DNA of 64,000 bases from the NCBI GenBank assembly GCA_951406725.2, contig OX597821.1, positions 42,842,001 to 42,906,000 of the forward strand, written 5' to 3'. This DNA is from Octopus vulgaris. Lineage: Eukaryota. This document shows, in pieces, positions 1 through 12,210 of this stretch (its first letter is position 1; every line of letters starts with the position of its first letter). The notes below the pieces were generated by a model. That model made no database searches. It saw only the letters and a list, made by a program, of their open reading frames with translations, and was not told the DNA's origin. A program made the translations under genes and the position numbers.

Positions 1-120
1 GATAACATATGTTGCAGTTATTTAAATCGATATTTAAGGAAACAATAGTTTTAAAGTGACAGTAGTCAGTATAAAAATATAAATAAACAGTAACATGAAA
101 CCAATATAAATAGAATAATA

Positions 121-745
121 TACAAGGGTTGGCTGAAATATCATAGGCAGACTAAGATATTCTCATTGAATGCAACCACAAAAGGTTTATTTTTCAACAT
201 AATCCCCTTTGCAGTCTACACACTTCTATTATGATCATCTCGGTGTACTTTTGACCATGTACCCGAAGACAGGGCAGCTACTGAGCAGAAACCTTCATCA
301 TGCCAAATTCATTGAGCAGAATATTCTCAACTCTCTCACAGAATATGTTAATAGCATAGGTTATTTGATCAATAATCAACCACATGTCATCCATCACCAT
401 GTGGTAAACACAATCAATATTTCTGTCAGTGGTAGCAGAAACGTTCATCATGCCTAGTGCATAGTGCAGAATATTCTCAGCTCTGTCACGGGACATGCTA
501 GCAGCAGCAACTATTTGATGACAGTTGCCTGTCATCCATTACCATGTGGTGAACACGATCAATGTTTTCTCTAGTAATGACAGCTGTAGGATTTACAGAC
601 CTTGGGACATCTTGAAAACTCTCCTTTCCACTCACTTTTGCACTTTTGATGAAGTTGGAATGTCATCCCCTAATGAAGCAACCATGTGGGTATGAATGTC
701 CTTCAGAGCAAAACCTTTTTCTGCAGATACTTGATAAGTGGCATT
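121..745 (-). mobile_element. Degraded Tc1/mariner transposon (N-terminal HTH region of transposase, with internal duplication)
   Basis: TA+CAAGGGTTGGCTGAAA mariner-like terminus at 121. Minus-strand frames read IKYLQKK..., ENIDRVHHMVMDD and RVENILLNEFGMMKVSA, like mariner N-termini. The NID..HMVMDD..LGM..VSA block occurs twice. Confidence 0.75.
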
Positions 746-990
746 TGTTGTCGGGGATCACTTAGCTTAATGATACAGAGAACTGAATGGGAATTTGAGC
801 GGTACTAGGTTCAATTCTTTGTAGTGTCTTGTTAGACACATTTTTCTGTCTTCTAAGGGTATTTACTCTATCTTCTAAGCTGATTTCATTGCTATTCTGT
901 GTTCAAGGTTTACATTTTTATTGTAATATATATACATACATATATATATATATATACATACATACATACATATACACACACATATATATA

Positions 991-1390
991 TAAGCAAAAT
1001 TTAGGTTAGTTAAAATATGCTTGTAACATATTTCAACTGCTAAAAGGCACTGCATTTACTGTAGAGAAAGATTTTCTCTTAAGGTAAAAAGGTGTTCAGT
1101 GTCGCCATCTATCGGGATTCCCAGAAATTGATGTTTCTAACTCCTTAGCTTATATCAATGGGAAATACCTAAGAGGGGCAATGCTGAACAGATCTTATAA
1201 AATTAAAACTTTAAAATACAGCCAACAACATTGACTGATTTGTGTCAGTAGACTGCTAGGTCCTGGAAATTACCAAAACATTAGCATGAAGCAGTGTTTA
1301 GCCATAAGCAAAGTTTAGGTTAGTTAAAATATGTTTGTAATATATTTCAACAGCTAAAAGGCAAATTAAGTTAGTTAAAATATGTTTGTG
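991..1390. repeat. Direct repeat of ~59 bp (991-1049, 1306-1363) plus a partial third copy
   Basis: taagcaaa(a/g)tttaggttagttaaaatatg(c/t)ttgtaa...aaaaggca is repeated 315 bp apart. Confidence 0.8.
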
Positions 1391-1568
1391 ACAATGTAAG
1401 TCTCTAGGGTAAAATCCCAGTTGTTTTCTCTTGAAGCACATCTGCTTATTCCATTATTGCAATCCAATATGTATAGTTACAAGTTACATATTAAAGTTGA
1501 AGATTCTGGAAATATTGCTTGCAGAGTTATTGTGTGTGTGTGCGTGCATGTGTGTGTATGTGTGTATA

Positions 1569-1715
1569 TCATCATCATCATCATCATCATCGTTTAGCGT
1601 CCGTTTTCCATGCTAGCATGGGTTGGACGGTTCTACTGGGGTCTGTGAAGCCAGAAGGCTTCATCAGGCCCAGTCAAATCTGGCAGTGTTTCTACAGCTG
1701 GATGCCCTTCCTAAC

Positions 1716-1717
<2 letters not shown>
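1569..1717 (-). mobile_element. RTE-LINE/SINE 3' end fragment with (GAT)n tail
   Basis: Reverse complement of ttaggaagggcatccagctgtagaaac...aacccatgctagcatggaaa..cg(atg)n, shared with the RTE copies at 56.4 and 62.5 kb. Confidence 0.85.
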
Positions 1718-1766
<49 letters not shown>

Positions 1767-2989
1767 CAAACATATATACTTGTATATATGAGTATGTTTG
1801 TAAATATCTAAATACATAGACTTGTTTATAACCATCTGAATCTGTACATGATTCTGTATACATTACCCAATATATGTATAGTTATGTGTGTGTGTGTATG
1901 TATATTGTCTATGTATGTATGTATACATATCTATGTATATATTTATGTATGTGTGTGCATGCGTGCACATGTGTGTGTGTGTCTTTTTGTATGTGTGTTT
2001 TGTATCACCTTGTCTTGACATCGCATAATAGTTGTAAATAATTGAAAATGTCATTCATTTCTAATGTTCTGCAAGAACATGATTGGCCATGGGGAAATAT
2101 TAACTTACTTGGAAATAGACAGAGGTTGGCATCAGGAAAGGGCACTGAACCTTGGAAAATATGCCTCAACAAATTCCATCCAATTCATGCAAGCATGGAA
2201 AGCTGGACATTAAAATCACAACAATGATGATAATATTTATTATAAGGATTTTAATATAAAAGTATCTCTCTATATTTCACTTTCATCTCACCACCGACCA
2301 TACCCTCTGTAACTCATACATAGTTTGAGATGAAGAGAAGAAAGGAGATAGAGAGAAAAGAAAAGAAACAGTTAGAGGAAAAAAAATCAGACAAGTGTGC
2401 GTGTGTGTGTGTGTGTGTGAGGGAGAGAGAGAAAGAGATGTTTTCTGTTGTATCTCTGCCTAACAAGATAGTGTTACTATATATCATCAGGTCTCAATGT
2501 TCATCAATGGAGCTTCTACATGGCCACACCAGCTGCTGGAAATAAAAGCTAAATATCCCTCAAATTAATCTTACAGATACACATAAAGGATATATTGTAC
2601 AATGTCATTTCTGATATACAAAAAGCCATGATGGTAACAACTAGAATATGCTTTCTCATAGATCTACAGTCATATACAGAAAGGATATATTGAGCAATGT
2701 TCATTTTCTCCCCTGTTGGTGGCCTTCACTAACTGATTTCCCCTTGGAGAATGCTGGAATTTATAACTATGCTAACCAGCTAGAATGATGGACATACCAT
2801 TCTGAAAATGGTTAAATTAATGAAGGTCACTCCATACCTATTTCAACTTTTCATGGCATAGAAAAAGTTAAGAGTCAAGCAGAAAGCACATATATCAGAG
2901 TTTATCCCTGACAGAACAATAAGGTCGTATGGCTAGGGAGAATTTACAGATTCGGTTTCGAATCTGGCATAACTACTGATGTATTTCCC

Positions 2990-3182
2990 ACGTCACTGAT
3001 TGGTTAAAATTACCCAAATACGACAACTTTAACACGAAATAACTTCTAAAATACAAAATTTTGTCAAAAACGTTAAGAGTAAATCCTGTTCTACGCGACA
3101 CATTCAACCAGTATCCGAAGTTTCAAAGTGTTTAGTTTTAAAAAATTAATTAAAAAATCTGTACTTGAGATGGAAAAGATCC
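2990..3182. mobile_element. Partial MITE related to the 6632-7041 element
   Basis: Aligns by eye to the reverse complement of 6632-6830 and ends in the same terminus ...GAAAAGATCC. Confidence 0.6.
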
Positions 3183-3341
3183 CACAAGCGTAGTCCTTTG
3201 CTGGGATATAAGCAAAGGAAAATAAAATGGTAATTTGAATTTTTACTCGCGCCCCAACCAAGCGAGGCCGTGTATTTTCGGTAAATTTCGGGAAGTACAC
3301 CCGCACGCGTTTCACTAAGAAAACGGTACATTTGGAGGCCA

Positions 3342-3576
3342 AGGCGGCGAGCTGGCAGAAACGTTAACACGCCGGGCGAAATGCTTACCGGTATTTCGTC
3401 TGCGTTACGTTCTGAGTTCAAATTCCGCCGAGGTCGACTTTGCCTTTCATCCTTTCGGGGTCGATAAATTAAGTACCAGTTACGCACTGGGGTCGATGTA
3501 ATCGACTTAATACCTATGCCTGTCCTTGTTTGTCCCCTCTGTGTTTAGCCCCTTGTGGGTAATAAATAAAGAAATA
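3342..3576 (+). mobile_element. tRNA-derived SINE family A, full length, 17-bp TSD
   Basis: A-box-like GAGCTGGCAGAA and B-box GAGTTCAAATTCC; TSD ggtacatttggaggcca at 3325-3341 and 3577-3593; near-identical copies at 17.2 and 37.1 kb. Confidence 0.9.
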
Positions 3577-3949
3577 GGTACATTTGGAGGCCAGGGTACT
3601 TGATTACCCACAAAAAATCTGAGGTTTTTCTCCCCAAATGTACTCTATTTTATAACAGAAAATTATGCTATCAATATAAATCATCTTTTAGAATTGAAAT
3701 CAATCCGGATAAATCCCAGCAATAATCTCAGGCTCTCCAATATTTTAGAATTATATAAACAGAAAAAATTGGGAACAGGGAGTGGGGTCAAAAACATCAT
3801 AAATTAAAAAAATTTCCTTTGTTTTATTAGCATGAATGTTTTTAGGGGAAAATATTGAAAACATTAATACATATATGAGTGAGAAACAAATAAGGAAAGT
3901 GGTTTTGCGATGTGCTAGAAACAACAGCCAAATCTCCTTTAACTCACAC

Positions 3950-4270
3950 AATTTTTCTTCGCCCCTTCCAAAGAATTTTGCCTACAAATTTCTTTGTAAT
4001 CGTAACTTATACCGTTTGAAAGGTATGTGTATAAAATTTCATTAAAAAATACCCATTTTCCTGAAAGTTACGAGCGGGAAAATATCGGGTCGTGTGAATT
4101 TTCCGAAACTCCTCTACCCAACCCCTCGGAAACATTTTTTCCCAACAAATCTATACATACACTCAATCTACAGAATGTAGGCGATTATTTGTTGAAAGTT
4201 TCATAAAAAAGTATCAATTTTCTCAAAGTCACGAGGCAATAAAAGTATCAAAATTTACCAATTTTTTTAG
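3950..4270. repeat. Unclassified interspersed DNA-type repeat (homologues at ~8880-9114 inverted, 10940-11088, 12500-12820)
   Basis: Shared blocks such as tttgaaaggtat.tgtataaaatttcattaaaaa and tacactcaatctaca. Confidence 0.7.
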
Positions 4271-5000
4271 CAACGCAAATCGTCGCATGTCATTGGTTTT
4301 TAAAACGTCTAATTCACGTTTCTATAAAACATAAATATTGTCAAAGAAACAAACTGCTGTTTATAGTTTAAAAAATATTACCTTTGGAAAATAGTTTCTT
4401 GTTTTAAAGATTCTTTGAAGTGTGTCTTTAACTTGTTTGATCGCTATTAGGTCGTATTAAAAACATTTAAAACTTCAGCTAACATTTAATACATCTCCAA
4501 CCGCCAAACATTTTTCGCTCGCTTACCAGACAATTCCAAAAGTAGGCCACTACTAAAGTGCATTATTTTGCTCCCAATTGGACCTCATGCACGTTAAATA
4601 TCCCTCGAAGGCATGAGTGTCACCCGTTTTCATTTCAGTGAACAAGTTTTAGTTAATTTCTGATTTGCTATTTTAAAGAGCACAAATTATCCTAGTTAGG
4701 AGAGAAATTGTAACTTAATTTCCCTTTAACAGAAAAATTTTATCATTTAGTCTTCGTATGAATATAAACTATTTACGAAGTATTTTTGGCAAACGGATGG
4801 TTGTTTAACCCAATATGTCCTTCCTTTTCTTATGGTGGTAGGGGATGGCTGAGGTGTTGCTTTTCACAAGAAAATAGTCGAACTACACAGAGGTTCTGTT
4901 GTTGGATGGTAGATTTTTCAGTTGTCCCTTTAACTCCTCCTGTAAAATGTTATGGTGGGGATATTTCAGACAATTGCCTCCACGGTACTTTATATATATA

Positions 5001-6019
5001 CCGTAAATCCTCGAGTATAGTCCGCCCTTGAGTATAATACGTAGGGGATTTTTAGGGGGTTGTACCTCTGAGAAACCTAAACCTTGTGTATAATACGCAC
5101 CCCTTCTCTAACTTGAGTCAAGGAGGTCTATATAACGTCCTTGGTTTGTAAAAATGTATACGGTAACATCCTTTATTATTGCCTTCTTTATCTTTGGTAT
5201 CTGTTTAATTTCATCTTTATTTTTTCTCCATAACCTGACATTGCTTTCGTCAACATCAAATTTTCTTCCGGCGGCCCTATTACCATGCTCTTCAGCATAT
5301 GATATAACTTCAAGTTTAAACATAGCTGAATAAGATTTACAAGGCATTTTATGGGCATGTAATGTATAAAATGTTTTATTGGAGATTAATGTACAGGTTT
5401 AAGTCCCGCTTATAAAAAACCCTACTAAAGACTCACGATAGTTCAACGTACAGGTTTAAGCCCCGCTTATAAAAAACCCTACTAAAGACTCACAATAGTT
5501 CAAACATTTAATACTGGTATTTAATTAAGTATCTATTGTTTGCCACGATAATGATGCAAGCTGCCAATACAAACAGCAGGATGAACTATTTAGCGCTAAA
5601 CTATTAAGCACAATTCATGTGTAATTAAGCCAGTAGCACCTAGTCGAACAAACACTTTCGCGCATGCGTAATACAATAATGGTGATGTTCTTAACTGTTA
5701 TATGGGAATGTAAATATGTTTGCAAATTGTTTTTGTTACATGTTATTCTGTGTTCTGAATACTTTTATTTTAATAAATGTTGCTTACTGCAAGTTATGGG
5801 TGAGTCTTTTATGACTTCATTGCTTTCAGGCTTAGCTTAAGGTATTTTCGTGCCTGACATCACAAAATGCATCTGAATGAACATTGCCGGACAACAAATA
5901 GAGACTCGGACATTGCTTAGAAAATATTTTTCATTTTTAACCTCGCATATAGTACGCACTAGGGATTTTGATCTTTAAATTTTGGGGAAAAAATGCAGAT
6001 TATACTTGAGGATTTATGG
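5001..6019 (-). mobile_element. Internally deleted pogo-family DNA transposon with ~25-bp TIRs and TA TSD
   Basis: Left end CCGTAAATCCTCGAGTATAGTCCGC matches the reverse complement of the right end CCATAAATCCTCAAGTATAATCTGC; TA flanks on both sides; internal 57-bp tandem duplication at 5391-5504. Confidence 0.85.
5108..5347 (-). pseudogene. Truncated pogo transposase N-terminal Brinker-type DNA-binding domain
   Basis: SYSAMFKLEVISYAEEHGNRAAGRKFDVDESNVRLWRK is the BrkDBD-like HTH of POGK-like transposases; the DDE domain is absent. Confidence 0.8.
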
Positions 6020-6118
6020 TATATATATTTATATATCTATCTATCTATATATTCATACATATATCTCCCCCTCTCTTTCTCTCTCTCTCTCTATATATAT
6101 ATATCTATACATCTATAC

Positions 6119-6152
<34 letters not shown>

Positions 6153-6284
6153 GTGTATATATATATATATACACATACATATACATATATATATATATAC
6201 ATACATATATGTACATATATATATACATGTATATATACATATATATATACATGTATATACATACATATATATATACATATATAT

Positions 6285-6326
<42 letters not shown>

Positions 6327-6367
6327 GAATATATACATATATATACATATACATATATATATACATA

Positions 6368-6419
<52 letters not shown>
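6020..6419. repeat. Compound (TA)n/(TC)n/(TACA)n microsatellite
   Basis: Direct reading. Confidence 0.95.
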
Positions 6420-6421
<2 letters not shown>

Positions 6422-6631
6422 GTAATGGAAGTCTGTCGGGGTTCGACAATGGTATCAGTGCAACCCAAAGGCAGATGTGCAGACACACCCACATGTTGGG
6501 CACATAACGAGTTTTACCTACAAATATTTTCATTTTAACCTATTTTAAGTCTGATGTGCGAATTTGAAAGTGATACTCCAGAAATTAGATACCCTGGCAC
6601 TTATTAGGTTAAAGTAACAAAAAAAAAAAAA

Positions 6632-7041
6632 GGATCTTTTCGGTTTGATCAGCAGTTTTTAAAAATAATTTCCACGTAACTAAACATTTTAAAACTTCGT
6701 ATACTGGTAGAATGTGTTCATAAAACATCTTTTTCTCTTGGCTTTATTGAGAAAATTCTATAGTTTGTAAGATATTTGTTGTTTTTTTTCTTCAATTTCT
6801 GCAATTTCAACCAATCAATGACGTCTATTGAGGTGAAACCATTCTGTGACGTATGAATATGTCCCTCGTTTAAGAAACAGATTGGGTTTATTTATATTTG
6901 TGAAGAAAAAGGATACCCTTCCCCCACCCCTAACCCTAAAACAGATTGAAATGCAATAGATTGATACTAGGGTCATAATTATGGGTGACAATTTTCATAT
7001 GACACCGCTAGAAAAAACTGCCGTTCAAACAGAAAAGATCC
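6632..7041. mobile_element. MITE with ~29-bp TIRs (GGATCTTTTCGGTTTGA...)
   Basis: Left GGATCTTTTCGGTTTGATCAGCAGTTTTT and right AAAAACTGCCGTTCAAACAGAAAAGATCC; inserted in an A-run so the TSD is ambiguous. Confidence 0.85.
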
Positions 7042-7179
7042 AAAAACAAATTTAAAAGAATGATAGAATCTGTCGGACAATCAAAGGTTGTCAATGAACG
7101 GAGAGTTCATATCTAACCAAGATAATAAGTTTTTACTTTTCTAGCATATCCAGTATAACAACTCTCTGTTGGAGATTAT

Positions 7180-7537
7180 TTTTAGCTTTTGTTTCAGTGA
7201 TTAGACTACGCCCATGCTGGGGCCTCACCTTGAAGAATTTTTAGTCGAATGAATTAACCCTAGTACTTTTTTTTAAAGCCTGGTACTTATTCTGTCGCTC
7301 TCTTTTGCCGAACCGCTCAGTCACGAGGGTGTCAACACACTGACATCGGTTGTCAAGCGGCGGTGAGGGGCAATTACAAACACACATACGACGGGCTTCT
7401 TTCAATTTCCGTCTACCAAATCCACTCACAAGGCTTTGGTCGTGCCGCGGCTATGATACAAGACACTTGCCTAAGGTGTCTCGCAGTGGAACTGAACCCG
7501 GAACCATGTAGTTCTTATCACACGGCCACGCCTGCGT
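7180..7537 (-). mobile_element. tRNA-derived SINE family B
   Basis: Reverse complement of the 8412-8830 element (ccgggttcagt..cactgcg, gccttgtgagtggatttggtagacggaaa). Confidence 0.85.
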
Positions 7538-7682
7538 CTACATTCCTATTTGTTTGAAAATTTCCATTTTAAAAATGCATTTAAGTGGGAGAAATCGGTG
7601 TAAAAATGCAAAACAGAAAACGGTTAAGTGACATTAATTTTAAACAATCAAGCAAAATGAGAATAAATAACATTAATAAGTA

Positions 7683-7760
<78 letters not shown>

Positions 7761-7827
7761 TTAGGGAATAAATCCAAATTTACAGGGAAAAATCAGATTT
7801 AGGATTGGATCCAATTTTATAGTAAAA

Positions 7828-8007
7828 TATTATATTATATTAAATTAGAGACAAAACCACTATTATGCAAATCAAACAAAGAAAGACTTAAGCCAATACA
7901 TAATATTTTAATTGTTAAATTTTAATTTATATAAATTATTTTATGTATTGGCTTAAGTCTTTCTTTGTTTGATTTGCATAATAGTGGTTTTGTCTCTAAT
8001 TTAATAT

Positions 8008-8012
<5 letters not shown>
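7828..8012. repeat. Inverted repeat (~65-bp arms) between (TAA)n and (TA)n tracts
   Basis: ttaaattagagacaaaaccactattatgcaaatcaaacaaagaaagacttaagccaatacataa and its reverse complement. Confidence 0.85.
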
Positions 8013-8038
<26 letters not shown>

Positions 8039-8411
8039 GGAGAGAGCTAGTGTTGTAATTATACCAACCAGAAGAAAGGAGTAACACCAACTGTCACGTA
8101 ACTCGTTCTGTCAGCTAATAAAATTTCTTATATAGATATAAAACCGAAACTGTGACTTGCTAAATAGTTTATAAGATTAAGTTTGTATATACCTTGGTGA
8201 TATTCTCATAATAACTGTAAATGACAAGATATGCGGGAGTACTGCCTACGCCTACTTTTTCAGTTGCATTTTTTTTTAATGTTTAATGTTACGTTGTAAA
8301 ACAATTTGTTATGCACATTCATATTACTTCTGTAAAAAAAAAGGTTAACGTTAACTTTAACCCCCGGTCACCAAAACAAACAAACAAAAAAAAAAAAAAC
8401 AAACAAGTTTT

Positions 8412-8582
8412 GGCGCAGGAGTGGCTGTGTGGTAAGTAGCTTGCTAACCAGCCACATGGTTCCGGGTTCAGTCCCACTGCGTGGCATCTTGGGCAAGTGT
8501 CTTTTGCTATAGCCCCGGGCCGACCAATGCCTTGTGAGTGGATTTGGTAGACGGAAACTGAAAGAAGCCTGTCGTATATATG

Positions 8583-8615
<33 letters not shown>

Positions 8616-8830
8616 TTGTGTGTCTGTGTTTGTTCCCATAGCATTGCTTGACAACCGATGCTGGTGTGTTTATGTCCCCGTCACTTAGCGGTTTGGCAAA
8701 AAGAGACCTATAGAATAAGTACTGGGCTTACAAAAAGAATAAGTCCCGGGGTCGAGTTGCTCGACTAAAGGCGGTGCTCCAGCATGGCCACAGTCAAATG
8801 ACTGAAACAAGTAAAAGAGTAAAGAGTAAG
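8412..8830 (+). mobile_element. tRNA-derived SINE family B, full length
   Basis: GGCGCAGGAGTGGCTGTGTGGTAAG (A box) and GGTTCAGTCCC (B box), internal (TA/TG)n, (AAAGAGT)n tail; partial copies at 16.5, 17.6, 31.4, 38.7, 47.6-48.2 and 49.0 kb. Confidence 0.9.
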
Positions 8831-9148
8831 TGTAATATATGTAAAAAAAAATGTGTATTTAAGCGAATATGAAACAAAAATTTGCGCACGCGAACCTAAG
8901 GGTGGGAAGACTTTCGGAAAGTTCACAAAATTCGATTTTTTCCCTTATAACATTTAGGAAAATGGATATGTTTTCATGAAATTTTATATAAATACCTTTC
9001 AAACGGTATAGATTACAATTATAAAGAAATTTGTGGGGAAAATATTTTCAGGGTGGGAGGTGGGGAGAGGACTTTCGAAGAGAAAGCAATTCATAAATTC
9101 TTTTTTTGCTTGAGGTCACCTCTAATTAGTTTGAAAAAAAAATTAGAG

Positions 9149-10187
9149 GGCAATCTTTCGTCTCTAGTAGACCTTTCCGTCGACTTCCGTAAAAAACTTT
9201 TTTTTTTACATATGGGCTTGCTTTTGAAGTAATGAGAGCGAAAGAGACAAAGAGAAAGCGATTGTATGACGAGGGAAGTTCTTTTGAAGTTACCGTCCAG
9301 GGGAAAGCATTGATGTACATGTGTGTGTGTGTGTGTTTGATGGGGTGTGGGAGACAGACAGTATGTTGTGTAAGTGAAGTGCTTCTGTTAGTGTGTGTAA
9401 AGAGACAGAGAGAGTAATGTGTGAAAGAGAGAGATAACTGGAATTTTTTACTCGGTGTATGTGTATATGTATGTATGTGTGTGTGTGTATATGTATCTAT
9501 GTATGTGTGTGTGTATGTATGTATGGCCGATTCAGTGTTTACATTATTTCGAGTTAAAACGAAAGATTACCTTTGCTGTTTATGTAACGGTCTGTTATGT
9601 AGAAAATAATGAGGTTGACTCAATGGAATAATGACAGTGATCGAAGATATAGACAAATTTTTTTTTATTTAATCGTTATACATGCCTTGTCGACTGCTAC
9701 TGTGCAGCCTTAATGTCTCTGTTGATGTGACGATGGTGAAATGGTAAGAAAAAGACGGGAGAGTTATAAAAGGAGGAGGAGATATTCTTCTCATGAATAG
9801 ATATTCTTCTCGGCCATACATACACACACACATATACATACATACACACACACACATACATACATATATACATATACCGAGTAAAAATTTTCAGTTATCT
9901 CTCTCTTTCACACATTACTCTCTCTGTCTCTTTACACACACTAACAGAAGCACTTCACTTACACAACATACTGTCTGTCTCCCACACTCCATCAAACACA
10001 CACACACACACATGTACATCAATGCTTCTCATGCACGGTAACTTCAAAAGAATTTCCCTCGTCATACAATCGCTTTCTCTTAGTCTCTTTCGCTCTCATT
10101 ACTTCAAAAGTTCCCGCAAGCCCATATGTAAAAAAAATTTTTTTTACGGAAATCGACGGAAAGGTCTACTAGAGACGAAAGATTGCC
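9149..10187. mobile_element. GG-terminated foldback/composite MITE (~380-bp inverted arms)
   Basis: GGCAATCTTTCGTCTCTAGTAGACCTTTCCG ... CGGAAAGGTCTACTAGAGACGAAAGATTGCC; arms 9149-9530 and 9810-10187. Confidence 0.9.
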
Positions 10188-10220
10188 GTCACCTCTAATT
10201 AGTTTGAAAAAAAAATTAGA

Positions 10221-10682
10221 GGTGATCTTTCGTTTTAACCCGAAATAAAATAAACATTAAATTCGGTCATTTCCGTGACCACATGTTGTCTTGTCAATTG
10301 TCAGTTGGGAAGAGAAAGCTAATGGGTTGTGCGTGCGTGCTTGTTCCTCTGTGTGTGTGTGTGCGCGTGCTTATTCTTGTTTGTGTGTGTGCTTGTTCTT
10401 GTTTGTGCGTGCGTGCTTGTTCCTCTGTGTATGTGTGTGTCTGTTCTGTTTTTTTTTTTTGGTATTAATATGTTGTGGAATGTAGAAATAACGCACAGAG
10501 GAACAAACATGCACACACATACGCACGCACAAACAAACAAGCACACACACAGATAGGAACAAGCACGCACGCACGACCCATTAGCTTTCTCTTTCCAACT
10601 GATAATTGACAAGACAACATGTGACCACGGAAATGACCGAATTCAATGTTTACATTATTCCGAGTTAAGCCGAAAGATCGCC
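10221..10682. mobile_element. GG-terminated MITE with long TIRs and 8-bp TSD (Merlin-like)
   Basis: GGTGATCTTTCG ... CGAAAGATCGCC; TSD AAATTAGA at 10213-10220 and 10683-10690. 5'-GG termini with an 8-bp TSD fit Merlin, but hAT is not excluded. Confidence 0.8.
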
Positions 10683-11089
10683 AAATTAGATTCATTTATT
10701 TTTCGTTTGAGTAATAGCAAAAAAGTTTTTAAAAAAGATCCCAACGGTGGAGATGTGCTAAAAACAACAACTAAATTGCCCTTACCTTTTTTCCCCATAG
10801 TGAAACCATATTCAACACCGTATTTATGAATTTGTTTCTCTCACCATGATACATGGGTTCTTTTTTAAAACCTTTTTCTATTACTCAAACAAAATATAAA
10901 CGAGTCGGAAAAAATTTTTAAAAACTTTTTCCCATTACACTCAAGCAAAAAAATAATTTAAGAATTTCCTTCTCTTCGAAAGTCCTCTCCTCACCCCCTT
11001 GGAAAATTTTTCCCCATAAATTTCATTATAATCATAATCTATGCCATTTGAAAGGTATTTTTATATAAAATTTCACTAAAACATATCTG

Positions 11090-11811
11090 TATTGGATCTT
11101 GCATGCATGAAGTGGATTTGATCCACCACTGCCAAATTTAAATTAACGCTGCAACAGAACTGTTCCCACGGTGGAACAATGGTTTTTCTCTGACAGCAGT
11201 TTTACATTTTCCAGGCCGAAATAATGTCTTCACCACTTGACCCTTTCTAACCTCTTCTACTTCACCAAAAGCTAGAATAGAGATAACAAGATCACCAACT
11301 AAATATATTGTTCTCAATGATATGTCTATCCTTCTGGATAGTTATATAAGCAAGCATACCCAAAGCAAAAACCAGTTAGTCACCAGCCGGTGACTACTCA
11401 ACCAAGTTCGTCACATCGTGACAACTCAGTTAGTTAGGGAACGGACTGCTAGAATCATAATCACAAGGAATACCTCTACTAAATATAATGGTCAGCGAGA
11501 GAAATGAAATTTACTGCCAGCAGCTGTGAGACAACACCCTACAATTCTCTCTAGTCCTAATTCTGTTCTCTTACAACATCATTCTATCTCTCTCAGTAAT
11601 TACTACTACTAAACAATGAAGAGGACACAAACACAAACTTTACTTCGCATACTTTTGGATTTATCATAACTTGCCCGTCGAGGCACGGTATTTGTAACGT
11701 AACAGTAAATAAATATTTCCTTAAAACTCATGCATTGTTCATCTTCCACTTCTTACAATTTGCCGTCATAACAACAACAAATCTTTATCGTCATTCCAGC
11801 TGACTCCAACA
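11090..11811 (+). mobile_element. Possible solo LTR
   Basis: Interrupts the foldback arm; short inverted ends TATTGGA...TCCAACA; AATAAA ~100 bp from the 3' end; no clear TSD. Confidence 0.4.
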
Positions 11812-11989
11812 TTTTTTAATATTGTTTACTAACCAATATCTGCCATTACATATCTCTTATGCCAGATTGCTAATGCTATGAAGAAACCAACACCATTTGT
11901 CAAACAGTAGTGGGGAACAAACACAGACATACACACACATATATATGTATGTACAAAAGCACCCATGCTGGAGCCATGTAGAAAAAGTG

Positions 11990-12210
11990 CCCATGCTGGT
12001 GCTATATAAAGTGCCATTTCCACATAAAAGCACCCAGTACACTCCGGTTGGCATTAGGAAGGGCAGCCAGTCATAGAAACCATTCCAAAACAGACAAATG
12101 GAGCCTGGGCTGCTCTCCAGCTGGCCAACACCTGTCAAACCATCCAATCCATGCCAGTATGGTAAATGGATGTTAAAAGATGATGATGATGACGATGATG
12201 GTGAGGATGA
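11990..12210 (+). mobile_element. RTE-type 3' tail fragment
   Basis: ggttggcattaggaagggcagccag...atccatgccagtatgg..(gat)n. Confidence 0.7.

Larger units (their letters stand above)
8960..11088. mobile_element. Long foldback DNA element hosting nested MITEs
   Basis: 8960-9114 is inverted at 10940-11088; 10690-10745 is inverted at 10853-10905. Confidence 0.7.

Noticed and set aside
1015-1070. Degenerate minus-strand hammerhead (GAAATATGTTA)
   Set aside because: No recognisable core or stem II could be paired.
3343-3430. tRNA genes at SINE heads (also 8412 and 25855)
   Set aside because: A/B boxes are present but no complete cloverleaf; each continues into a multi-copy SINE body.
3146-3487. 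Recurring ORF MRNWYLIYRPRKDERQSRP... (also 17278 and 37174)
   Set aside because: Antisense translation of SINE family A, not a protein family.
5982-6492. Long IY/YI-, CV- and HT-repeat ORFs here and at 1.5, 10.3, 32.3, 44.5 and 59.8 kb
   Set aside because: Translations of (TA)n, (TG)n and (CA)n microsatellites, which lack stops in some frames; not genes.
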